Of a DNA stretch of 64,000 nt, positions 13,344 to 27,200 are shown piece after piece. The position numbers and the translations under genes are program-made. The stretch covers positions 868,001-932,000 of the forward strand of contig NC_090326.1 of NCBI RefSeq assembly GCF_035084215.1, in the 5' to 3' direction. How positions within the stretch are numbered: position 1 is the first letter of the stretch; each line of letters starts with the position of its first letter. The notes beneath the pieces are model-generated. The model was not told where the DNA came from, searched no databases, and worked only from the letters and a program-made list of their open reading frames with translations. Source of the DNA: Heptranchias perlo. Taxonomy: Eukaryota.

Positions 13344-13399
13344 CGGTTCAAAGTTGACTGCGGTCAATGGCGGTCTCTCCCTGACTGGTGTCGATCTGC

Positions 13400-13514
13400 A
13401 GCCAATCACAGCCCCGGGCGGTCCGTCACAGATCCATTAAAAGGCGACCCCAGAGCGGCCCCCTATTAACAGTATTAACATTGTAACAGAATCCCAGATT
13501 GTGTTGAGATCAGT
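13400..13514 (+). promoter_or_regulatory. Detached histone H3 promoter and start of 5' UTR
   Basis: AGCCAATCA (~13400-13408) and TATA-like ATTAAAA (~13436-13442). Removing the downstream LINE joins this to the H3 ATG. Confidence 0.55.
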
Positions 13515-15907
<2,393 letters not shown>

Positions 15908-15940
15908 ACCCGACCCGGCTTCAGCACCAAGTGCAACAAA

Positions 15941-15956
15941 GGCTCTTTTCAGAGCC
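15941..15956 (+). terminator. H3 histone 3' stem-loop
   Basis: Perfect GGCTCTTTTCAGAGCC followed by ACCA. Confidence 0.93.
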
Positions 15957-16097
15957 ACCAAATCAGCACAGTGATCGCCGGGGTTGAAATCGTGGTGCCG
16001 TGCAATTCACAGAAATTTATTAAACGGGAAATTCATGAAGGGAGGGAGCGGATGTCAGGCGGGCAGGGCTACTCTCTATAAACTGTCCCATCTTATG

Positions 16098-17752
16098 TTT
16101 TTTAATCGTTCATGGGATGTGGGCGTCGCTAGCAAGGCCGGCATTTATTGCCCATCCCTAATTGCCCTCGAGAAGGTGGTGGTGAGCCGCCTTCTTGAAC
16201 CGCTGCAGTCCGTGTGCTGACGGTTCTCCCACAGTGCTGTTAGGAAGGGAGTTCCAGGATTTTGACCAAGCAATGATGAAGGAATGGTGATATATTTCCA
16301 AGTCAGGATGGTGTGTGACTTGGAGAGGGACGTGCAGGTGGTGTTGTTCCCAAGTGCCTGCTGCCCTTGTCCTTCGAAATGGTAGAGGTCGCAGGTTTGG
16401 GAGGTGCGTCGAAGAAGCCTTGTCGAGTTGCTGCAGTGCATCCTGTGGATGGTACACACTGCAGCCACGGTGCACCGGTGGTGAAGGGAGTGAATGTTTT
16501 GGGTGGTGGATGGAGAGCCAATCAAGCGGGCTGCTTTGTCCTGGATGTTGTCGAGCATCTTGAGTGTTGTTGGAGCTGCACTCATATAGGCAAGTGGAGA
16601 GTATTCCATCACACTCCTGACTTGTGCCTTGTAGATGGTGGAAAGGCTTTGGGGAGTCAGGAGGTGAGTCACTCGCCGCAGAATACCCAGCCTCTGACCT
16701 GCTCTTGTAGCCACATTATTTATGTGGCTGGTCCAGTTAAGTTTCTGGTCAATGATGACCCCCAGGATGCTGATTGTGGGGGAAATCGGCGATGGTAATG
16801 CTTTCCAATGTCAAGGGGAGGTGGTTAGACTCTCTCTTGTTGCAGATGGTCATTGCCTGGCACTTATCTGGCGCAAATGTTACTTGCCACTTATCAGCCC
16901 AACCCTGGATGTTGTCCAGGTCTTGCTGCATGTGGGCACGGACTGCTTCATTATCCGAGGGGTTGCGAATGGAACTGAACACTGTGCAATCATCAACGAA
17001 CATCCCCATTTCTGACCTTATGATGGAGGGAAGGTCATTGATGAAGCAGCTGAAGATGGTTGGGCCTAGGACACTGCCCTGAGGAACTCCTGCAGCAATG
17101 TCCTGGAGCTGAGATGATTGGCCTCCAACAACCACTACCATCTTCCTTTGTGCTCGGTATGACTCCAGCCACTGTTGAGTTTTCCCCCTGATTCCCATTG
17201 ATTTCAATTTTACTCGGGCTCCTTGGTGCTGCACTCGGTCAAATGCTGCCTTGATGTCAAGGGCAGTCACTCCCACCTCACCTCTGGAATTTAGCACTTT
17301 TGTCCATGTTCGGACCAAGGCTGTAATGAGGTCTGGAGCCGAGTGGTCCTGGTGGAACCCAAACTGAGCATCGGTGAGCAGGTTATTGGTGCGTAAGTGC
17401 CGCTTGATAGCACTGTCGACGACACCTTCCATCACTTTGTTGATGATTGAGAGTAGACTGATGGGGCGATAATTGGCCGGATTGGATTTGTCCTGCTTTT
17501 TGTGGACTCACCTGGGCAATTTTTCACATTGTCGGGTAGATGCCAGAGTTGTAGCTGTACTGTAACAGTTTGGCTAGAGGTGCAGCTAGTTCTGGAGTAC
17601 AAGCCTTCAGCACTACAGCCGGGATGTTATCGGGGCCCATTGCCTTTGCTGCATCCAGTGCACTCAGCCGTTTCTTGATGTCACGTGGAATTAATTGAAT
17701 TGGCAGAATACTGGCTTCTGTGATGGTGGGAATCTCGGGAGGAGGCCGATTA
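16098..17752 (-). mobile_element. CR1-clade LINE (second family), 5'-truncated
   Basis: ORFs 16749..17435 (QFGF, LDIKAAFD, GVPQGSVLGP, FVDD) and 16145..16714. T-rich tail at 16098. Confidence 0.9.
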
Positions 17753-18669
17753 TATGGCCCATTGTAACACCAGAGAGAGTTCGGAGTACAGCTGATCTGT
17801 GAAGTTTCGGGCAGGTACAGAAGCAGTGCTAATTTTACACAGACTTCAGACACAGACAGACAAGGGTGTCAATTCCAGACAAACCAACATCAGGTATTTG
17901 AAATGGAGACAGCTTAATTTCCACACATCACACCCAGGATTGGAGAGAGGTGAATTCCACTCATACAGTGCAGACTGAGTCCCACATTTGGACAAAGTTC
18001 TGGCAAAAAGGTACCTAAAGATCTGATTTCGATTCTACTCTTTCACATGAGATACCTACAGCCCCAGTATCAATCTAACTCGGTTATATTGGCAGGGAGA
18101 GGCTCGTGCACTCATGGGAAGTACAAGAGATGTAAGTTCTCAATTCTAAAAGTGTCAGCTGGGCTCGGTTGGAAATACTTTAATCTCTAAAGAACCAGAC
18201 TCGGGTGAAATGAAGTTTCAGTCTCTTATCCCTCTCCAGCTGTAGTGACAGGCTGTTTCAATGTAACTCGCACTAACAGATCCAAAGTGTTTTCTCTCAG
18301 CGCTAGAATCAGAAGCAGTGTAAAACTTAGTGTCACATTCACTGCGGTACTCGACACTGATACTGGAACAGACTGACAGGGACAGAATAAATCCCTCACT
18401 CACATCCAATAACAGACACATTTCATTCACTGATACAACAATGAACACATCAGACACCTGCTGGCGTACAAATCTATGTAACAGAAGAAATACCGTCTAA
18501 GTGTCGTCGAAGGATGAGACTGTAAATAACACTTACAATAATGGCCGGAACACAACAGAATGATTCTTGTTGCGATGATCAAACGTCCCTGGTATTTCTG
18601 TATCCCACCCGCCAGATTAACGACGTGGTTATTTTGGGTCTCATTTCTTGTACAATCTACAAATTTCAA

Positions 18670-18897
18670 TGATGTGGAGATGCCGGTGATGGACTGGGGT
18701 TGACAAATGTAAGGAATCTTACAACGCCAGGTTATAGTCCAACAGTTTTATTTGAAAATCACAAGCTTTCGGAGGCTTTCTCCTTCCTCAGGTGAGTGTC
18801 GAGATTCATTGAAAAGTACAGCATATATAGTCAGAGAACAATGCCTGGTGATTACAGATAATCTTTCCAACTGCCCCTTATCAAGGCCATCAAATTG
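18670..18897 (-). mobile_element. Penelope-like element terminal fragment
   Basis: Same terminus as 13171. 12-bp TSD TACAAATTTCAA (18658-18669 and 18898-18909). Confidence 0.85.
18759..18795 (-). ncRNA. Minimal type I hammerhead ribozyme motif (PLE)
   Basis: Minus strand reads TCAC-CTGAGGA-AGGAGAAAGCCTCC-GAAA-GC-TT-GTGA. Confidence 0.7.
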
Positions 18898-19158
18898 TAC
18901 AAATTTCAACCTAATGGAGGTTGGCGACATCTACTGTCCGGAAGAGAGTAGAGCAACAGATCATTTGGATATTGTTCGTTTCTCACTAACGGGAGACAGT
19001 TAGTTCTAGAATCGGAATCAAGTGTTCAGCATCAAAGGGACATGAAATCGAGACATGGAGCGTAAAATGTCCAGATCTGAAGCAGATCGTTTTATTATTA
19101 AATTAATCTCTCTCACTCTCTACAGACAGTAACCAGCCCTTTCACAGATACAGTGAGT

Positions 19159-19174
19159 GGCTCTGAAAAGAACC
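19159..19174 (-). terminator. H2A (copy 1) histone stem-loop
   Basis: Minus strand GGTTCTTTTCAGAGCC, with HDE-like GAAAGGGCTG at 19134-19143. Confidence 0.88.
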
Positions 19175-19204
19175 TTTGGATTATCAGATTAAACCTTGGT
19201 CGAT

Positions 19205-19651
<447 letters not shown>

Positions 19652-20536
19652 TTATACCTTGTGGAGGATTACAGTGGGGCAATTGTGATTGGCCCATCCG
19701 TTCTTAATCTCATTGAATTAATCAGAGAGCGGTTTTATTCACTAATGAACAGACAATGAGAAAAGCGCGGAAATACCGGCCTCAATTATCAGAACTGAAA
19801 CGTTTATTGAAATTTGAAAAGCCCACCAATATATTTGTAACACAAGAAGCGGATTAAGTAAATAATATCGCCTTAAGCCAAAGATTTTAAAATCCCTCTC
19901 CTTATATTGTTATTCCACATTTCCAGTCACAAATTCGAGACTCTGAAATGCGGCATCATTGTCCGTTCGCTTTTAATCGGGCGGGAACAAAGCCCCATTT
20001 TGTAACGGGACAGATTACAGCTCAATTTTTGTAAACGTAACAAACCACAGATGGTGGATTGATCCCTGTTCACAGGAGCTGCTCTGGGATCTAAACCGGA
20101 GCAGCGACTCCTGGTTTATGAAATCGAAGTAACCGAGCCTTTAAACGATACTGTTCTCGGTATGAAGTCCCATTCAGGGTTGCTACATTACAAAAAGATG
20201 CAGTTCATAAACTGACATTCCAGAATAGTCAATAAACAAACGTGAAATGGAGAAAGTGGGGAGTGATATCTGATCTACCATCAATAAAACAGCTCTGAAT
20301 AGGCACGCTCGGGGGAAGAGGCGGAATATGAACGGGAAAGAAAGGATCAGAGAAACGTTTTTGGTTATTGCGAACAAATTGAACAACTCAGATAAACCTG
20401 GCGGTAATTATGAGAATCTTCCAGATTTCAAGAGAAATCACAAAATAAGTAGTTCCAAAAAAAGTTAGGATCAAATTATCAACAGTAAAATAATTCCAGA
20501 GGCTGTCAGTACAGCGTCTTCAGAGAGACTGTGGGT

Positions 20537-20552
20537 GGCTCTTAAAAGAGCC
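20537..20552 (-). terminator. H2B histone stem-loop
   Basis: Minus strand GGCTCTTTTAAGAGCC followed by ACCCA. Confidence 0.92.
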
Positions 20553-20589
20553 TTTGTGTTCAGGTTTTTTTTCAGCTCATTGTGGAGTT

Positions 20590-20964
20590 TTACTTGGAGC
20601 TGGTGTACTTGGTCACCGCCTTTGTCCCTTCCGACACGGCGTGCTTGGCCAGTTCTCCGGGCAGCAGCAAACGAACAGCGGTCTGGATCTCCCGGGAGCT
20701 GATGGTCGCCCGTTTGTTGTAGTGGGCCAGGCGCGAAGCCTCACCCGCGATGCGCTCGAAAATATCGTTCACAAAGGAGTTCATGATGCCCATCGCCTTG
20801 GAGGAGATGCCGGTGTCGGGGTGAACCTGCTTCATCACTTTGTAGATGTAGATGGAGTAACTCTCCTTCCTCGACCTTCTCCGTTTCTTACCACCCTTTG
20901 CTGGCGTTTTACTCAAGGTTTTCTTGGCGCCCTTCTTCGGAGCTGCTTTCTTGTCCTCAGGCAT
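20590..20964 (-). CDS. H2B: Histone H2B, 124 aa, intact
   Basis: [12 protein letters not shown]...[27 protein letters not shown]...AVTKYTSSK*. Promoter and stem-loop are present. Confidence 0.96.
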   Translation of the reverse strand: MPEDKKAAPKKGAKKTLSKTPAKGGKKRRRSRKESYSIYIYKVMKQVHPDTGISSKAMGIMNSFVNDIFERIAGEASRLAHYNKRATISSREIQTAVRLLLPGELAKHAVSEGTKAVTKYTSSK

Positions 20965-21016
20965 TTTCAAACTGAAATCCAGACCCAGAAATGACCCAAA
21001 TCCTCTCCGAGCCCGG

Positions 21017-21175
21017 ATTAAATAGGCTGACGTCATCGGCACATGCTAATGAGGGATGGGAGAAGGCAGTGATTGTGATTGGGTCAATAGGAGTGATGTC
21101 ACAACATTTTTTAACTCTAACTCTCTGATTGGTTCCTTTACCTATCCAATCAGATTTAGTAACTGCCACCAATCA
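21017..21175 (-). promoter_or_regulatory. H2B promoter (TATA, CRE, octamer, CCAAT boxes)
   Basis: TATTTAA (minus, ~21018-21024), TGACGTCA at 21028-21035, octamer variant ATTAGCAT (minus, 21043-21050), and four CCAAT boxes in both orientations (21078-21173). Confidence 0.8.
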
Positions 21176-21240
21176 CAAGCCCCCTCACTTCAATCCGGAA
21201 GATCATTTCCCAAAGCTTCTCTCCAGCCTCAGTTTATATT

Positions 21241-21915
21241 TGTAAGGAATCTTACAACACCAGGTTATAGTCCAACAGTTTTATTTGAAAATCACAAGCT
21301 TTTGGAGCTTTCCTCCTTCGTCAGGTGAGTGAGTGAAGGGTTCTAAGATCCCATAGCATAGAGACGATCACAGCAATCAAAGGTGTCGTTGGTGTTCAGA
21401 CAGGTTAGCCACGGAAAACATTACATCCCAGTATACTGAATACACAATGGGTCAGATTACAAAGCGAGAGAGAGAAAGAGACCCAAAAGGCAGAGAGAGA
21501 GAGAATGTCCAGTTGTATTAAAAACAGATAACTTTTTTTTCCGCTGGTGGGGTTATGTGTAGCGTGACATGAACCCAAGATCCCGGTTGAGGCCTTCGTC
21601 ATGGGTGCGGAACTTGGCTATCAATTTCTGCTCAACGATTTTGCGTTGTCTTGTGTCTCGAAGGCCGCCTTGGAGAACGCTTACCCGGAGATCGGTGGCT
21701 GAATGCCCTTGACTGCTAAAGTGTTCCTCGACTGGGAGGGAACCCTCCTGTCTGGCGATTGTTGTGCGGTGTCCGTTCATCCGTTGTCCCAGTGTCTGCA
21801 TGGTCTCGCCAATGTACCATGCTCCAGGGCATCCTTTCCTGCAATGTATGAGGTAGACAATGTTGGCCAAGTCACAGGAGTATGAACCATGTACCTGGTG
21901 GGTGGTGTCCTCTCG
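21241..21915 (-). mobile_element. Penelope-like element 3' part with GIY-YIG endonuclease remnant
   Basis: ORF 21553..21870 reads ANIVYLIHCRKGCPGAWYIGETMQTLGQRMNGHR...EQKLIAKFRTHDEGLNRD. The terminal hammerhead copy has GAAA changed to AAAA (~21300). Confidence 0.88.
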
Positions 21916-21917
21916 TT

Positions 21918-22140
21918 TACCAGATCTTTGGCTTTATAAATAGAGGCATAGAGTACAAAAGCAAGGAAGTTATGCTCAATCTTTATAAATTACCAATTAA
22001 GCCCAAGCTGGAGTATTGTGTCCCATTCCGGGCTCCACACTTTAAGAAGGATGTCAAGGCCTTGGAGAGGGTGTAGGGGAGATTTATTAGAATGGTACCA
22101 GGGATGAGGGACTTCAGTTATATGACGAGACTAGAGAAAA
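21918..22140 (+). mobile_element. CR1 fragment
   Basis: GFINRGIEYKSKEVMLNLYK...LEYCV in ORF 21882..22076. Confidence 0.8.
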
Positions 22141-22291
22141 AGCCATCAGAGAGCAGTTTAAATAAAGGACAAAGTCCAACAGCCTGCTGTGTCTGTTCAG
22201 AGGCTGATGTTTGGGAACGATTTTATTGTGTGTGATTAAAGCGGTTCAGTCCCCAACTCCACAGAAACACTCCATTTCTCTCCTGTAATGA

Positions 22292-22343
22292 GCGATGTTG
22301 GTAAATTGGTGAGCATAGCTGACTTTGATTCCTGGCCAACACA
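22292..22343 (+). pseudogene. tRNA-Gly(TCC) pseudogene with anticodon arm deleted
   Basis: GCGATGTTGGTAAATTGGTGAGCATAGCTG...TTGATTCCTGGCCAACACA aligns to both ends of the tRNA at 38502. It shares the upstream flank CAGTCCCCAACTCCACAGAAACACT. Confidence 0.8.
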
Positions 22344-22579
22344 GTTCGATGCTTTTAATCCTAATCTATTTACTTCAAAATCCCCAAGATTGAAAGCCGA
22401 ATTCGATGGTCAGGGGTGTTTTGATTCCAAAACAAAAAAGGGGTATCATTTATATAAAAATATTTTGAAATGTAATTTATTTTCCCCATAATGAGGTGAG
22501 TTTAACTCTGATTTTGTTTCTTTTTGATGATCATTATTATTTACCGTGAACTGCACAGTTTATCTGGGACAGAATTAGT

Positions 22580-23285
22580 ACAATTTTAATGGGAATGCAG
22601 GAACAGAGAGACCTGGGGATTTACATAGTCAAATGTTTGAAGGTGCCAAGGCAAGTGGATCAGGCTGTTAAAAAACAGATGGATTCTTGGCTTTATAAAC
22701 AGAGGTATAGAGTAAATTAGTAAGAACGTTATGCTAAACCTTTACAAATGACTGGTTAGGTCCCAGCTGGAGTATTGTGTCCAATTCTGGGCTCCACACT
22801 TTAGAATAAAGGTCAAGGCCTTAGAGAGGGTGCAGAGGAGATTTACTAGAATGGAACCAGGGGTCAGAACTTCAGTTAGGTGAAGAGACTGGAGAAGCTG
22901 AGGTGGTTCTCCTTAGAACAGAGAAGGTTATGAGAAGAGTTAATAGAAGTGTTTAGAATCAGGAAGGGTTTTGTTGGACTAAATGAGGAGAAACTGTTTC
23001 CAGAGGCAAAAGGTTCGGTAACCAGAGGACACAGATTTAAGATAATTGGAAAAAAGAACTAGAGGTGAGACGAGGAGAAATATTTTACGCAGCGAGTTGT
23101 TATGATCTGGAATGGTGGTGGAAGCAGATTCAATAAAAACTTTCAAAAGGGAATTGGATAAATACCTGAAGAGGAATAAAGCAGGATTATGGGGGAAGAG
23201 CAGAGTAGTGGGACTAATTGGACAGCTCTTTCAAAGAGCGGATACAGACATGATGGGCCTCTGTGCTGTATCAGTCTTTGATTCA
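22580..23285 (+). mobile_element. Degenerate CR1 3' part
   Basis: CTGGAGTATTGTGTCCAATTCTGG and CR1 3' UTR similarity to the 4465 element. Confidence 0.8.
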
Positions 23286-23384
23286 GTGAAACCCATTGAC
23301 TTTCTGAAGCGTTTCCCACCAATGATTCCAGTTCCTTATTTAAATTTAAATTCCCTTCCGAGAATTGATTTATTCTTCAAAAAG

Positions 23385-23605
23385 GAAAATACTGTATATG
23401 CTGGAAATCGGAAATATAAACAGAAAATGCTGGAAAGCCTCAAAAGGTCCGGCCGCATCTGTGGAGAGAGGGAGGTAGGATTAACCTTTCCGGTGTATAG
23501 AAGGGTCATTGACCTGAACCGTTTACCCGAGCTTCCCTTCTCCACAGATGCTGCCAGACCTGCTGAGTCTTTCCAGCATTTTCGGGGTTTTTTTTGCTTT
23601 ATTCT
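23385..23605. mobile_element. Two opposed PLE-tail fragments (decayed fold-back)
   Basis: GAAAATGCTGGAAAG...GCATCTGTGGAGA (23423-23468) is the reverse complement of TCTCCACAGATGC...CTTTCCAGCATTTTC (23538-23583). Same tail family as 50900-50990 and 53085-53220. Confidence 0.6.
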
Positions 23606-24239
23606 TTCTGTATTCCAACTCTTTCCCTTTCGGCTGTTTCCTGTGAAACTTTCAGCTATGTACTCAGTTTTTATCCGTATTTTTGTTTGGTTGATTTGAA
23701 GTAATGTAAATAGTGTCCTGAGAAATCAGGCATAAATACTGCTCAATGTACAGTGAAATATCAGGGGGAATATTTAAAATATCGAATGTGTAAAAAAAAA
23801 GTTATTATGAACCGATTATTTTTATTTTCAGCTCAAATGTGAAACAATACGAGAGTGGAACTTACAGACAGAAACTATTTCCTCACATTGCTCAGTGTTC
23901 TGTTTCTGTAACCCTGACAGATAGTGAATTTGTTCCGTTCTCCGGTATATTGAAATTTACCGATCACAGACGGACACGGCAGACAATAATGTTCACATTA
24001 TATTGGACTGTGGGATCTAGAAAGACGAGGAATGGAGACGAGCTCTAAGTACATTTTGTGAGACCAAACAACAGTTGTCATATTCTATTAAATTCCTCTC
24101 ACTAATTTACAGTATTTTCCTCTGTCCTTCTTGTTACACAATTTTGCAGAACAAAATCGGACTAATTCAGATATTATGATTTCAATCAATATTGAATAAT
24201 GTTAGTACAGACTGTCTCTGTTACTGAGATTCGGTCAGT

Positions 24240-27200
24240 TTGTATCTGTCTGGTATTGTGTGTGAGTTTGGGATTCATTCTGCATCTGTCAATCTCTGGT
24301 ACTGTGTGTGAGTGTGGGATTCATTCTGTATCTTTCAGTCTCCGGTACTGTGTGTGAGTGTGGGATCCATTCTGTATCTGTCAGTCTCTGGTATTGTGTG
24401 TGAGTGTGGGCTTCATTCTGTATCTGTCAGTCTCTGGTATTGTGTGTCAATGTGGGATTCATTCTGTATCCGTCAGTCTCTGGTATTGAGTGAGTGTGGG
24501 ATTAATTCTGTGTCTCTTCGTCTCTAGTTCTGTGTGTGTGAGGGATTCCTTCTATATCCGTCAGCCTCTGGTACTGTATGTATGTAACAGAACGTCTGTA
24601 TCTGTCAGACTGAGGTACTGAGTGTGAGAGAGGAATTGATTCTGTATCTCTCACTCCCTGATACTGTGTGTGAGTGTGGGATTCATTCTGTATCAGTCAG
24701 TCTCTGATACTGTATGTGACTGAGGGTTTGATTCTGTACCTTTCAGTCTCTGGTACTGTGCTTGTGTGATTCATTCTGTATCAGTCAGTTTCTGGTACTG
24801 TGTGTGAATGTGTGATTTATTCTGCATCGGTCAGTTTCTGGTACTCTATGTGAGTGATATAAATTCTGCATTTTCAGTCTGTGGTAATGTGTGTGAGTGT
24901 TTCATAATTTCTGTATCTTAATCTCTGTTACTGTAGGTGAGTGTGGAATTAATTCTGTGCCTGTCTGTCTCTGGTACTGTATGTGAGTGTTGAATTCATA
25001 CTCTGACTGTCTGTCTCTGGTTTTGTATCTGAGTGTGAGATTCATTCTGTGTCTGTATGTAATTTTTCTCTCAGGTTACATTTTGGCATTGGAATTGTAG
25101 CTTTAATATCTTAATGTATAAACAGGTTTTTGCTCAGTATTTAATTGATAAGTATGGATACACTTTAGGATTTGATGCGGTAGGTTTTCATCAGATAACT
25201 TGCGCTCTTTTTTAACGACTATTAAATCTGTATCTCCGTGAACTCAATTGTAAATGATTGTACATTTTTCAAACTGATATGGTGACATTTTTGAAATGGG
25301 ATATAATGTATAGTTTAGCCCAGACTAATGGAATTGATACTGCAACTTTCAGTCTGATACACTATGGGATTTTTGGACTGGTATATAAAGTATAACTCTG
25401 CCTGTACTAATGTAGGTGACTGCATATTCATTCTATGTTATACACCCTGTATCTGTCAGTCTCTGGTACTGTATATGAGTGTGTGATTCAATCTGTATCT
25501 GTCAGTCTCTGGTACTGTGTGTAAGGGTGGGATTCATTCTGTATCACTCAGTCTCTGGCATGGTATCTGAATGTGGGATTCATTCTGTATCTGTCAGTCC
25601 CTCCTTCTGTATGTGAGTGTGATATTCATTCTGTACCTGTCAGTCTCTGGAACTGTAACTGAGTGTGAGATTCATTGTGTTTCTGACCATCTCTGGTACG
25701 GTACGTAAGTGTGGGATTCATTCTGTGCCTTTCTGTCTCTGGTACTGTGTGTGAGTGTGAGATTCATTCTGTATCTTTATATAATTTGCATCTCCGTTTA
25801 CACTATGGCGTTCAAAACTGTAGCATTAATATCTGAATGTATTAACTGCTTTTTGCACAGTATTTAATCGGTAGTTATGGATATACCTTAAAATATGATG
25901 CTTTTGGTTTTAATCAGGTAATGTGTGCACTTTTTGGACTACTGTTAAATCTCTATCTCTGTGAAAATAATTGTGAATTACACTGTAACTTTCAACCTGA
26001 TATGATGACTTTTTTGGATTGGTATGTAATGTGTAGCTCAGTCTGCACTAATTTAATTGAAACTGTATCTTTCAGTCTGACACTGAAATTTTGGACTGAT
26101 ATGTAATGCACAATTCAGTCTGAACTAATGTAGGTGATTGTGAGATTCATTCTGTATCTGTCAGTCTCTGGTACTGTTTGTGAGTGTGTGATTCATTCTG
26201 TATCTGTCAGTCTCTGGTACTGTTTGTGAATGTGTGATTCATTCTGTATCTGTCAGTCTCTGGTGCAGTTTGTGAGTGTGATTCACTCTGTATCTGTCAG
26301 TCTCTGGTACTGTTTGTGAATGTGTGATTCATTCTGTATCTGTCAGTCTCGGGTACAGTGTGTGAGTGTGGGATTAATTCTGTGTCTCTCTGTCTCTGAT
26401 ACTGCAATTGAGTGAGGGATTGATTCTGTATCTGTCAGTCTCTGGTACTGTGTGTGAGTGATATCAATTCTGTATTTGTCAGTCTGCAGTAATGTGTGTG
26501 AGTGTTTCATACTTTCTGTATCTTAGTCTCTGGTACTGTGTGTGAGTGTGGAATTCATTCTGTAATGGTCTGTCTCTGGTACTGTGTGTGAGTGTGGAAT
26601 TCATTCTGTAACGGTCTGTCTCTGGTACTGTGTGTGAGTGTGGAATTCATACTGCGACTGTCTGTCTCTGGTACTGTATCTGAGTGTGAGATTCTTTCTG
26701 TGTCTGAATGTAATTTTTCTCTCAGGTTTCATTATGGTATTGGAATTGTAGCTTTAATATCTTAATTTAATTGATAAATATGGATACACTTTAGGATTTG
26801 ATGCTGTGGGTTTTCATTGGATAACATGTGCTCTTTTTTTAATGACTATTAAATCTGTATCTCCGTTGAACACAATTGTGAATGATTGTACATTTTTCAA
26901 ACTGATATGGTGACATTTTTGAAATGGTATATAATGTATAGTTCAGCCCAGACTAATGGAATTGATACTGCATCTCTGAGTCTGATACTCTATGGGATTT
27001 TTGGGCTGGTATATAAAGTATAACTCTGCCTGTACTAATGTAGGTGACTGCATATTCATTCTATGTGATACATTCTGCATCTGTCAATCTCTGGTACTGT
27101 ATATGAGTGTGTGATTGATTCTCTATATTTCAGTCTCTGATACTGTATGTGAGTGTGAGATTCATTCTGTATCTATCAGTCTCTGGTACTGTGTGTGAGT

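Noticed and set aside
18150-18225. Possible tRNA-derived SINE head
   Set aside because: Only a faint A-box-like match; too decayed to support.
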